From an uncultured cyanobacterium (GTDB taxonomy: Bacteria > Cyanobacteriota > Cyanobacteriia > Cyanobacteriales > CAWUOF01), in NCBI GenBank assembly GCA_963744145.1, contig CAVUSO010000001.1, forward strand, positions 2,304,001 to 2,368,000: a stretch of DNA of 64,000 nt, written 5' to 3'. Shown piece by piece: positions 55,004-64,000 of this stretch (positions are counted from its first letter, which is position 1; every line of letters begins with the position of its first letter). The translations under genes and the position numbers were made by a program. The notes below the pieces were generated by a model. That model saw only the letters and a list, made by a program, of their open reading frames with translations, had not been told where the DNA came from and made no database searches.

Positions 55004-55230
55004 GATAATAATTCTTCTCTGGGAAAATTAGCCCACATTTCCTGTCTAGCTTGCTGAATCTCTTCTGCGGTAATATCTACTTTTAAATCAGCACAAAGTC
55101 CCCGAATCGTTGTTAAAGGAGGCCCAGAGAGAGCCTGGTGAGCTAAAAATTCAGCAAAATCAAGCAATTCTTGTTGTTTATCTGCGGGTAATTGCTTTAA
55201 TTTTGTGAGTAAGGATTGTTCTAAGGTCAT
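55000..55230 (-). CDS. DUF2281-like antitoxin
   Basis: LPADKQQELLDFAEFL; ATGA-coupled to the PIN gene. Confidence 0.8.
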   Translation of the reverse strand: MTLEQSLLTKLKQLPADKQQELLDFAEFLAHQALSGPPLTTIRGLCADLKVDITAEEIQQARQEMWANFPREELLS

Positions 55231-55293
55231 ACTTCTATCTCCTTAGTTGTTAGCATTTAGATTAGCGAGAAAATCAGATAGTCTTCTTTTTCT

Positions 55294-55606
55294 ATGATAA
55301 CTCTGGCAGTCCAATTTCCCTTGCTTTCACCCCAAGGAGCAAAAGTTATTATTGGTGGTTTGGGGGATTCGATCATCTAGTCCTAATAGTTTATTTGGGC
55401 CAAGAGGTGTTTGTTTGGTTGCTGATGCTTGGAATCATCGGGTTTTGATTTGGAACCAAATCCCAGCAGATTCTCTTCTGCGGATATTGTGTTGGGACAA
55501 GCTGATTTTTCCCAAGGGGAACCAAATCGGGGATTTATGGATACAGCGTGCGATCGCTGATTCCGGAAACAATCGAGTTTTGCTCTGGAATTTGAGTAAT
55601 TCTTGA
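55294..55606 (+). pseudogene. NHL-repeat protein remnant, copy 2
   Basis: LFGPRGVCL, ADAWNHRVLIWN, ADSGNNRVLLW. Confidence 0.6.
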
Positions 55607-55827
55607 TTAATTCCCCAAAATTAATTATTGTATGCAAGCCTGTTAATTAAATCTAAACTAAAATTAGTACATTTGACTTAATACAGGGACAAAAAATTAA
55701 ACTTTATGACGGCACAACTAGAACTCGAACAGATAAAACCAGAGCTAGTGTGGAAGTCCGATGATGGATTGTCCATCAAGTGGAATTACCACTGGCACTA
55801 AAATAAAGTCATCAAGAGTGTTTCTAT

Positions 55828-58215
55828 ATGATCACCAATATTAATCACCCAAATTTGTTAAATATAGCTGAAGAAATCCGGGTGCGTGGTACAGTCCAGG
55901 GAGTAGGATTTCGTCCTACTGTTTATCGTCTTGCTAAACTTTGCAGTTTGTGTGGTGAAGTTTGTAATGATGGGGAAGGTGTACTAATGCGAGTTGTGGG
56001 AACTGCTGAAGCTATAGAAACTTTTGTCGATCGACTTCAAAAAGAATGTCCACCTTTAGCAAAAATCGAAGCGATCGCCCGTTCTCCTCTATCTCCACCA
56101 CCAACTTACACAGATTTTACCATTACTAAAAGTATCACTAATCGAGTTAAAACCAGCATTACTTCCGATGCTGCAACCTGTCCCCAGTGTCAAGCGGAAA
56201 TCTTCGATCCTTTTAGTCGTTGGTATTGTTATCCTTTCACTAATTGTACTCACTGCGGTCCTCGCTTAAGCATTATTCGTGCTATTCCCTACGATCGCTG
56301 CAATACTAGCATGGCAAATTTTACCATGTGTTCGGATTGCGCGAAAGAATATGGAGATGTAACAAATCGCCGTTTTCACGCTCAACCTGTCGCTTGTCAA
56401 GTTTGTGGTCCAAAAGCTTGGTTAGAACGAGCAGATGACAAACCGATTGGATCAGATATGTTCTCAATGTTGGATGATGTAGATGCGGTTTGCACTCTGT
56501 TACAACGAGGGGAAATTGTTGCTATTAAGGGTATTGGTGGGATTCATCTTGCTTGTGATGCTACGAATGAAACGGCTGTAAAAAAACTTAGAGAACGTAA
56601 GCATCGCTATCATAAACCCTTTGCTTTGATGGCAAGGAATTTAGAAATTATCGATAAGTATTGTATTATTAATGATTTAGAGCGAGAACTGTTACAAAGT
56701 GCGGCTGCTCCCATTGTACTATTACAATTAAAAGGGAACAGGGAAGAAATTCCAAAACCTATTGCTGCTTCCGTCGCTCCTAATATTAATTTTCTCGGTT
56801 TCATGTTGCCTTATACACCGTTGCATCACCTGATATTGCGGCGGATGGAACGTCCGATCGTGTTAACAAGTGGCAACCTCTCCGATGAACCCCAATGTAT
56901 TAGTAATGAAGTCGCAAATGAGAAGTTAAATAAAATCGCTGATTATTTTTTACTACATAACCGAGAGATTGTCAATCGGGTTGATGATTCGGTGGTCAAA
57001 GTAGTAGGAAATCGGCTGCAAATTTTACGTCGTGCCCGTGGTTATGCTCCAGCACCAATTCATCTACCATCGGGATTTGAAGAAGCTCCTCCTATTTTAG
57101 CAATGGGGAGTGAATTAAAAAATACTTTCTGTTTGTTGCGGGAGGGAGAAGCAATTTTATCGCAACATTTGGGGGATTTAGAAAATGTGGCAGCGTTAAC
57201 AGCTTATCGGGAAACATTGGAACTTTATTTACATTTATTTGACCATCAACCAGCAGCGATCGCTGTTGATTTACATCCCGAATATCTCTCGACAAAATTG
57301 GGGAAAGAGTTGGGAATTAATCAGGTATATTCTCTTCAACATCATCACGCCCATATAGCGTCTTGTCTAGTAGAAAATGGGATAAGTTTAAATCATCAAC
57401 CGATTTTGGGAATTGCTTTAGATGGTTTAGGTTATGGTGAAGATGGTACACTTTGGGGTGGGGAATTTCTCTTAGCAGACTATCGCAGTTATCAAAGATT
57501 GGCAACATTTAAACCTGTTGCTATGTTAGGAGGAGAAAAAGCAATTTATCAACCTTGGCGGAATACTTATGCTCATCTGATGACAGGATTGAAATGGGAT
57601 GATTTGGTGGTAAACTATAGGGAGCTAGAAATTGTGCAATTTTTAGATCAACAGCCGCGATCGCTCTTAAATCAAATGTTAGCAAAAAGCATTAATTCTC
57701 CTTTAGCTTCTTCGACTGGACGTTTGTTTGATGCGGTGGCTGCTGCTTTAGGAATTTGCCGAGATTTAGTCAGTTATGAAGGACAAGGAGCAATCGAGTT
57801 AGAAGCTTTAGTTGATCATATTGATGAGCAAACAGGATATACTTTTGAAATTATACCTGATGTGATTTCCTGTTTGGAACCTCGTCTAATGTGGCAAGAA
57901 TTGTTAACAGATATACAACAAGGAGTTTCTCACAGTGTTATAGCGGCGCGATTTCATTTGGGACTTGCCAAAGCGATCGCATCTATGGTAAATCATTTAC
58001 AGGAATCTCACTCTTTTACTCAGGTGGCTTTGACAGGAGGTGTATTTCAAAATCAGGTACTATTAGAACAGGTTAGTAAACTACTGAAACTGATGGGATT
58101 GACAGTTTTAACTCATAGTTTAGTTCCCGCAAATGATGGTGGGTTGTCTTTAGGACAAGTAGCGATCGCAGCAGCGCGATCAATTCATCAGCCTATTGCT
58201 TTTAGTAGACAATAG
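55828..58215 (+). CDS. hypF: Carbamoyltransferase HypF
   Basis: GTVQGVGFRP, CxxC Zn fingers, HHHAH, DGLGYG, PANDGGLSLGQ. Confidence 0.97.
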   Translation: MITNINHPNLLNIAEEIRVRGTVQGVGFRPTVYRLAKLCSLCGEVCNDGEGVLMRVVGTAEAIETFVDRLQKECPPLAKIEAIARSPLSPPPTYTDFTITKSITNRVKTSITSDAATCPQCQAEIFDPFSRWYCYPFTNCTHCGPRLSIIRAIPYDRCNTSMANFTMCSDCAKEYGDVTNRRFHAQPVACQVCGPKAWLERADDKPIGSDMFSMLDDVDAVCTLLQRGEIVAIKGIGGIHLACDATNETAVKKLRERKHRYHKPFALMARNLEIIDKYCIINDLERELLQSAAAPIVLLQLKGNREEIPKPIAASVAPNINFLGFMLPYTPLHHLILRRMERPIVLTSGNLSDEPQCISNEVANEKLNKIADYFLLHNREIVNRVDDSVVKVVGNRLQILRRARGYAPAPIHLPSGFEEAPPILAMGSELKNTFCLLREGEAILSQHLGDLENVAALTAYRETLELYLHLFDHQPAAIAVDLHPEYLSTKLGKELGINQVYSLQHHHAHIASCLVENGISLNHQPILGIALDGLGYGEDGTLWGGEFLLADYRSYQRLATFKPVAMLGGEKAIYQPWRNTYAHLMTGLKWDDLVVNYRELEIVQFLDQQPRSLLNQMLAKSINSPLASSTGRLFDAVAAALGICRDLVSYEGQGAIELEALVDHIDEQTGYTFEIIPDVISCLEPRLMWQELLTDIQQGVSHSVIAARFHLGLAKAIASMVNHLQESHSFTQVALTGGVFQNQVLLEQVSKLLKLMGLTVLTHSLVPANDGGLSLGQVAIAAARSIHQPIAFSRQ

Positions 58216-58241
58216 TCTTTTAGATTAAGTGCGTATAATAC

Positions 58242-58425
58242 CAGGGCTGTTTCATGCTCGATTCTCTATTGATCGACCTAACCCCCCAACCCCCTTCCCT
58301 AGGAGGGAATGGGGAGTAGTTAAGATGATTAAATTAATTGGAGATTTAATAATTAATTCTTGCTCCCCTTGACCCTTAGGAGAGGGGTTGGGGGAGAGGT
58401 TTTCTTAAGCCATGAAACAGCCCTG
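58242..58425. mobile_element. 184-bp MITE with 9-bp TSD GTATAATAC and internal REP-like hairpins
   Basis: TIRs CAGGGCTGTTTCATG and CATGAAACAGCCCTG; TSD at 58233-58241 and 58426-58434. Confidence 0.85.
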
Positions 58426-58465
58426 GTATAATACTTTATTTTCAACTTACCAAAGGTAAAGCAAA

Positions 58466-58732
58466 ATGTGTTTAGCAATCCCCAGTCAAATTGTCCAAAT
58501 CACAGACGTAAACAATAAACTCGCGATCGTTGATATTAGTGGTGTGAAACGTCAAGTTAATATCGCTTGCATCGTCGATGATACCCATACTGTAGAATCT
58601 TGTTTAGGAGATTGGGTATTAGTCCATGTTGGTTTTGCCATGCAGCGGATTGACCCCCATGAAGCAGCAGAAACGCTAAAATTATTGGAGGAACTAGCAG
58701 AAATTCAAGAGTCATTAGCTATAAGTAACTAG
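58466..58732 (+). CDS. hypC: Hydrogenase maturation chaperone HypC
   Basis: MCLAIP, GDWVLVHVGFA. Confidence 0.96.
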   Translation: MCLAIPSQIVQITDVNNKLAIVDISGVKRQVNIACIVDDTHTVESCLGDWVLVHVGFAMQRIDPHEAAETLKLLEELAEIQESLAISN

Positions 58733-58779
58733 CTTTTCTTGGCAAATCAGTTCTGTATTCATCTACGGTAAAAAATCCC

Positions 58780-59919
58780 ATGAAATACATCAATGAATTT
58801 CGCGACCCACAAAAAGCCAAAATATTAATAGAACAAATTCGGCAAATCGGCCAACAAATTTACGCCGGAAAACCTATTAAAATTATGGAAGTTTGCGGTG
58901 GACATACCCATGCAATTTTTAAATATGGGTTAGAAGATTTGTTACCGGAAACGATCGAACTTGTTCATGGTCCGGGCTGTCCAGTGTGTATCATGCCTAG
59001 AGGTAAGCTAGATGATGCGATCGCCCTAGCCCAACAACCCCAGGTTATTTTTACAACATTTGGCGATGCAATGCGAGTTCCCGGTTCTCAATATAGCTTG
59101 ATGCAAACTAAGGCGAATGGTGCAGATATTCGGATGGTTTATTCGCCTTTAGATGCGCTACAAATTGCTAAAGAAAATCCCGATCGAGAGGTGGTATTTT
59201 TTGCGATCGGTTTTGAAACAACTGCACCTAGCACTGCTTTAACAGCAATCCAAGCAGAGAGCGATCGGGTAGAAAATTTTAGTTTATTTTGCAATCACGT
59301 TTTAGTTGTGCCCGCATTAGAAGCATTATTGGCTAACCCTGATTTGCAATTAGATGGGTTTGTCGGTCCTGGTCATGTTAGCACAGTAATTGGTACAGAA
59401 CCTTATCGAATTATTGCAGAACGATATCACAAACCTGTGGTAGTTTCTGGATTTGAACCTTTAGATATTTTACAATCAATCTGGATGGTAGTTAAACAAT
59501 TAACGGAAAAACGTTGTGAGGTGGAAAATCAATATAGTCGCTTGGTGCATTCCCAGGGTAATGCTGTTGCTTTGGATGCAATGCAACAGGTGTTTGAGGT
59601 GAGAGAGGAGTTTGAGTGGCGCGGATTGGGTGATATTCCTCTGTCTGGGTTGAAAATGCGTCCAGAATATGCGCGTTTTGATGCGGAAGCGAAATTTACT
59701 TTCCCCGGTAAGCAAGTTGCAGATCATAAAGCTTGTCAGTGTGGGGAGATTCTTAAAGGTGTGCTGAAACCTTGGCAGTGTAAGGTTTTTGGCACTGCTT
59801 GCACTCCTGAATATCCTCTTGGTGCCTGTATGGTTTCTTCCGAAGGTGCTTGTGCAGCATACTATAAGTATGGTCGTTTGTCAATAAGTAAGCGGGAAGA
59901 GGTGAATGCGACAAGGTAA
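58780..59919 (+). CDS. hypD: Hydrogenase maturation protein HypD
   Basis: MEVCGGHTH, GPGCPVC, GFETTAP, CMVSSEGACAAYY. Confidence 0.97.
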   Translation: MKYINEFRDPQKAKILIEQIRQIGQQIYAGKPIKIMEVCGGHTHAIFKYGLEDLLPETIELVHGPGCPVCIMPRGKLDDAIALAQQPQVIFTTFGDAMRVPGSQYSLMQTKANGADIRMVYSPLDALQIAKENPDREVVFFAIGFETTAPSTALTAIQAESDRVENFSLFCNHVLVVPALEALLANPDLQLDGFVGPGHVSTVIGTEPYRIIAERYHKPVVVSGFEPLDILQSIWMVVKQLTEKRCEVENQYSRLVHSQGNAVALDAMQQVFEVREEFEWRGLGDIPLSGLKMRPEYARFDAEAKFTFPGKQVADHKACQCGEILKGVLKPWQCKVFGTACTPEYPLGACMVSSEGACAAYYKYGRLSISKREEVNATR

Positions 59920-60952
59920 GAAGCAATTTCGAGAACGCACTGTTACTTTAGCTCATGGTAGCGGTGGTAGTGCGATGCGTGATCTGATTGATGACATTTT
60001 TGTGGGTAGTTTTGATAATCCCACTTTATCTTTGTTGGAAGATCAAGCCAGGATCGATTTAGCAAGTTTAATGCTGTTAGGCGATCGTCTGGCGTTTACC
60101 ACAGATTCTTATGTGGTTACTCCTTTGTTTTTTCCTGGTGGTGATATCGGAACTTTGGCAGTTAATGGTACTGTTAATGACTTATGTGTTAGTGGAGCAA
60201 AACCACTTTTTCTCAGTTGTAGTGTGATTCTAGAAGAAGGTTTAGAAATTGACATTCTCCGTCGAGTTGTTAACAGTATGAAAACTGCTGCTTTGGCAAC
60301 AGGTGTACAAATTGTGACGGGAGATACTAAGGTAGTTCCTCGCGGTTCTGCTGATCAGTTATTTATCAATACTACTGGTATTGGTGTAATTAAAATTGGC
60401 GTTTCTCCCGCGGCTGGAAAGATTCAACCAGGGGATATTATTTTAGTTAATGGTGATCTGGGGGATCACGGTGCTGCTATTGTGGTAGCAAGGGGAGAAT
60501 TAGCTTTGACAACTGCGATCGAAAGTGATTGTCAACCTTTAAATGGGTTAGTTGATGCGATCGTTTCAGTTTGTCCAAAGGTTCGAGCAATGCGCGATGC
60601 TACTCGTGGGGGATTAGCAACAGTATTGAATGAGTTTGCCCAAAGTGCTAATGTGGGAATTCGTTTATATGAAGCAGCTATTCCTGTTAAAAAAGAGGTG
60701 GCTGGAATCTGTGAATTGTTGGGATTCGATCCCCTTTATTTGGCAAATGAAGGTAAGTTGGTAGTTGTGGTTTCGCCAGATTCAGCAGATGAAGTTTTAG
60801 CCCTGATGCGATCGCATTCAGCTGGGAAAGATTCTCGGATTATTGGTGAAGTGATTGCGACTCCTGCTGGTGTGGTGTTGCTGAAAACTGAGTTTGGTAC
60901 AGAACGCATCGTTGATATGTTAGTAGGTGAACAACTACCCAGGATTTGTTAA
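59906..60952 (+). CDS. hypE: Carbamoyl dehydratase HypE
   Basis: HGSGG, DATRGG, C-terminal PRIC. Confidence 0.97.
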   Translation: MRQGKKQFRERTVTLAHGSGGSAMRDLIDDIFVGSFDNPTLSLLEDQARIDLASLMLLGDRLAFTTDSYVVTPLFFPGGDIGTLAVNGTVNDLCVSGAKPLFLSCSVILEEGLEIDILRRVVNSMKTAALATGVQIVTGDTKVVPRGSADQLFINTTGIGVIKIGVSPAAGKIQPGDIILVNGDLGDHGAAIVVARGELALTTAIESDCQPLNGLVDAIVSVCPKVRAMRDATRGGLATVLNEFAQSANVGIRLYEAAIPVKKEVAGICELLGFDPLYLANEGKLVVVVSPDSADEVLALMRSHSAGKDSRIIGEVIATPAGVVLLKTEFGTERIVDMLVGEQLPRIC

Positions 60953-60977
60953 ATGTAAAATCAGCTAGAATAGATTT

Positions 60978-61851
60978 ACCGTGAAAGGTTCTTATGACCG
61001 TAATCAAGACAAATCAGCACTACATCTTATTAGTGCTTGGGCCAGTGTACGGGCGTATTGCAATACGCCCCTAGTTTTAGCACAAATGAAGGTCGATGAT
61101 AAATCTAACGAAATTACTGCCATTCCAGCTTGATTAGAATTAATTGATATTGCTGGCTCAATTATTACTATTGATGCGATGGGTACCCAAACCGAAATTG
61201 CTAAAAAGATTATTGATAAGAAAGCTGATTACGTTTTGGCACTTAAAGCCAATCATCCTACTCTCTACTCTCAAGTTAAAGAGTTTTTTGAAACCGCACA
61301 GAAAAATAATTTTGCTGACCTTGACGTGAGTTATGATCAACGGATTGAAAAAGGGCATCATCGGACAGAAATTCGGTCAGTTTGGACTGTTCCAGTTACA
61401 GCGATTCCTTCACTTTATCAACCCAAATTATGGGCAGGGTTAAAAACTCTGGTGATGGTTATTCGTGTGCGTCATCTCCGCCACAAAACCACCAGAGAAG
61501 TTCAATTTTATCTAACTTCTTTAGAGAGTAATGCTCAATTGATCGGGTTAGCTCTCCGCAAACATTGGGAGATTGAAAATACTGTACATTGGACTTTAGA
61601 TTGTACTTTTTTTGAAGATAATTGTCGGATTCGTTCGTTTCATAGTCCTCGCAACTTGGCTCTGCTTCGACGCCTAGCTATTAATGCTCTTCAGCGTGAA
61701 TCAACCTATCAACGCAGTTTACGTCAAAAAAGTAAACGGGCTGCTATGGATCACAACTATATGGCCTAAATTCTTCGTTCTGGTTTTTCTGAGACTACAT
61801 TAGATTTTTCTGACTCCTTTTGTCAAGCCTAATTGAGATGCTCTTACCCTG
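60978..61851 (+). mobile_element. 5'-truncated ISAs1 remnant related to the 3796-5250 element
   Basis: Homologous transposase with an internal TGA near 61131 and an early stop. The end AATTGAGATGCTCTTACCCTG is the exact reverse complement of the 3796 end. Confidence 0.88.
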
Positions 61852-62296
61852 CCCTTTGACAGAGGCAGATTTTGAAGATTTCTTCCGCCTGCTACCTACA
61901 AGAGGAGATGGCCCAAAAAACTGGACTGTAGACATTGCCGCACGCAAAGCCGAAGCCGCAGGAAAAGCGGCACCGTTAGAAGAACAAGCGCAAACCCTGA
62001 ACCAGCAAGCAACCGAGTTGCGCGATCGCCTCGCTGCCTTGAAAAAAGCCAAAAAACAAGATACTGAAGAATATAGGGAAATTGAACAAGCTGTCAAAGA
62101 GATAGAAAAAGAGGCGAGAGAATGTAAAAATCAAGCTCAAGCCATTAAAGATGCTGTCTACGATCTCAAAGCAGTAAACCCAAATGTTAAAGCAGATAAG
62201 GACGATCGCACCCCAGAGGAATTGTTAGACTTCATTGAAGCCAAAGGGCGCGAAGTAACAGCTATTTTAGCTACTTTGAGGACTAAGAATAAATAA
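61852..62296 (+). pseudogene. 3' fragment of a type I R-M methyltransferase (HsdM-like), cut by ISAs1
   Basis: PLTEADFEDF...YDLKAVNPN...RTPEELL C-terminal pattern; begins at the IS end. Confidence 0.6.
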
Positions 62297-62320
62297 CAAA
62301 TGATAACAGGGTGAACACTT

Positions 62321-64000
62321 ATGGATTTAGAAACATTACTTGAGCGAATAAATATTGGAGAAGACCAAGACATAGAATTTAAGTCTGCCGACGGCGGTTT
62401 TCCCAAGGAAGTTTGGAAAACTGTATCAGCTTTTGCCAATACAGATGGCGGCTATATTGTTCTAGGTGTCACAGAAAATCGAAATAGATTCGAGATTACA
62501 GGTGTCCGCAATCCTAATGTTTTACTTAAAGAGTTTTGGAACAATCATAATAATCAGGAAAAACTAAGCTTTTCAATTTGCGATAATTCTGACGTGCAAA
62601 CTTTGAAGATAGAAAATCATAATTTAGTTATTATTAAAGTTCCCAGAGCAACCAGAACCCAACGCCCGGTTTATATTAATAAAAATCCCATGACGGGAAC
62701 CTATAAACGCAACCATGACGGCGATTATCCTTGCACGGATGATGAAGTTCGCCAAATGTTACGCGATGCGAGTAATGACCCTCAAGATATCCAAATTTTA
62801 GATAAATTTGGTCTGGGCGACCTCGATCCAGAAACTTTAAAATCTTTTCGTCAACGGTTTAGCTCTAGGGAACCGGATCATCCTTGGTTAGCATTAGACG
62901 ATCGCAATTTATTGATTCAGTTAGGTGGATGGCGGCGCGATAGAAACACTGATAAAGAAGGATTAACTATAGCTGGTTTACTGATGTTTGGGAGAGGAAA
63001 TAGTATTTTAGATGCACTGCCCCGCTATCAACTCGACTATCAAGAACGGCTGTCTAACAATCCAGAAGTTCGCTGGACATATAGATTGACACTTGATGGT
63101 AAATGGGAGCCTAATCTTTTCAATTTTTATTATCGCGTCTATAGTCGTTTAGTTAATGATTTAGATGTTCCCTTTAAACTAGATAAAGATGCTGTGAGGC
63201 GGGGAGAAACTCATGTCCATGAAGCGGTTAGGGAGGCTCTAGTAAATACTTTAATTCATGCCGATCATCTATCTTCTCGTCCTATTATAGTAACTAAATT
63301 TCCTAATGGTTTTTTATTCAATAATCCAGGTCGATTAAGGATTTCTATTCTGCAACTTTATGATGGGGGTATCAGCGATCCGCGCAATCCTAAACTGCAA
63401 ACGATGTTTCAAATGCTTGGTTTAGGTGAAAAAGCCGGATCGGGTTTTAAAAAGATTCTACGAGCCTGGAAAGAACAACAATGGTTTAGGCCATTAGTGT
63501 CAGAAAAATTCGATTTAGAGATGACATCAGTTGCGCTGCCGATGCTTAGTTTAATTCCTGAAAATGTCGAGCAAGAACTAAAAGAAATAGTGGGAGATAA
63601 TTACTGCCAACTAACAGAATTAGATCGAATTATTTTGGTACTAGCGCATCAGTTTGGAGAAATTAGTAATAGTGACATTCAGTGTTACAGACAGGAACAC
63701 CCTAGAGATATAGGAGAGTGCCTAAAGCACTTGGTCAATAACGGCTGGTTGGCGCAATCAGGACGTGGATGTGGAACCCAGTATTCTCTACCAAATAAAG
63801 GTCAACCGGATTTGCTTTCACTGCTACCAAGCTCCGAATATTATGAACCAAGCTCCGAATATTATGAACCAAGCTCCGAACATAACGAGTCTAGCTCCGA
63901 ACATAATCAGCCTAGCTCCGAACATAATCAGTCTAGCTCCGTGCATAATCAGTCTAGCTCCGTGCATAATCAGTCTAGCTCCGTGCATAATGATGAAAAT
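62321..64000 (+). CDS. AlbA_2/Schlafen + HATPase_c_4 + wHTH ATP-binding protein (runs off the window; not in the ORF track)
   Basis: MDLETLLERINIGEDQDIEFK...TVSAFANTDGGYIVLGV...REALVNTLIHAD...NPG...RNPKL...GEKAGSG. Confidence 0.85.
   Translation, partial: MDLETLLERINIGEDQDIEFKSADGGFPKEVWKTVSAFANTDGGYIVLGVTENRNRFEITGVRNPNVLLKEFWNNHNNQEKLSFSICDNSDVQTLKIENHNLVIIKVPRATRTQRPVYINKNPMTGTYKRNHDGDYPCTDDEVRQMLRDASNDPQDIQILDKFGLGDLDPETLKSFRQRFSSREPDHPWLALDDRNLLIQLGGWRRDRNTDKEGLTIAGLLMFGRGNSILDALPRYQLDYQERLSNNPEVRWTYRLTLDGKWEPNLFNFYYRVYSRLVNDLDVPFKLDKDAVRRGETHVHEAVREALVNTLIHADHLSSRPIIVTKFPNGFLFNNPGRLRISILQLYDGGISDPRNPKLQTMFQMLGLGEKAGSGFKKILRAWKEQQWFRPLVSEKFDLEMTSVALPMLSLIPENVEQELKEIVGDNYCQLTELDRIILVLAHQFGEISNSDIQCYRQEHPRDIGECLKHLVNNGWLAQSGRGCGTQYSLPNKGQPDLLSLLPSSEYYEPSSEYYEPSSEHNESSSEHNQPSSEHNQSSSVHNQSSSVHNQSSSVHNDEN
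63827..63994 (+). repeat. 8 x 21-nt coding tandem repeat (PSSEYYE / SSSEHNQ / SSSVHNQ)
   Basis: Units of CCAAGCTCCGAATATTATGAA drifting to TCTAGCTCCGTGCATAATCAG, in frame with the 62321 ORF. Confidence 0.9.

Noticed and set aside
1..64000. rRNA/tRNA genes, reverse transcriptase/retron, and the remaining short antisense ORFs in the track
   Set aside because: No recognisable signatures; the short ORFs shadow longer, well-supported genes.

Overview
Cyanobacterial accessory/defence region: HIP1 octamer GCGATCGC is abundant, with Uma2, XisH/XisI and hyp genes. From left to right: (1) an AT-rich sacsin-like ATPase/SF1 helicase fusion broken by an ISAs1, followed by IS630 and toxin-antitoxin-like pairs; (2) a tandem ATPase / ATPase-HTH-TPR pair; (3) a six-gene minus-strand operon (vWA/TerY, Ser/Thr kinase, Upf1-like helicase, wHTH-HEPN protein, coiled-coil McrB-like NTPase, DUF2357/McrC-like Zn-ribbon protein) that matches a CoCoNuT-type type IV restriction system but has no PP2C phosphatase; (4) a sulfur/low-oxygen cluster (YeiH-LysR, Crp-AAA-FeS protein, SAM methyltransferase, cydAB, DsbA). 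Its methyltransferase gene is cleanly split, at a shared GC dinucleotide, by a 13-kb insert holding a cas-less type I-D CRISPR array of about 130 repeats with its leader plus an IS607 element whose TnpB has pro-Fanzor-type motifs; (5) a mosaic of TA/NACHT fragments, hypFCDE, an ISAs1 remnant, an hsdM fragment and an AlbA_2/Schlafen-type ATP-binding gene running off the right edge. The most striking signal is the apparent co-insertion of a CRISPR array with an IS607/pro-Fanzor element. All family assignments come from motif recognition by eye; no searches were run.
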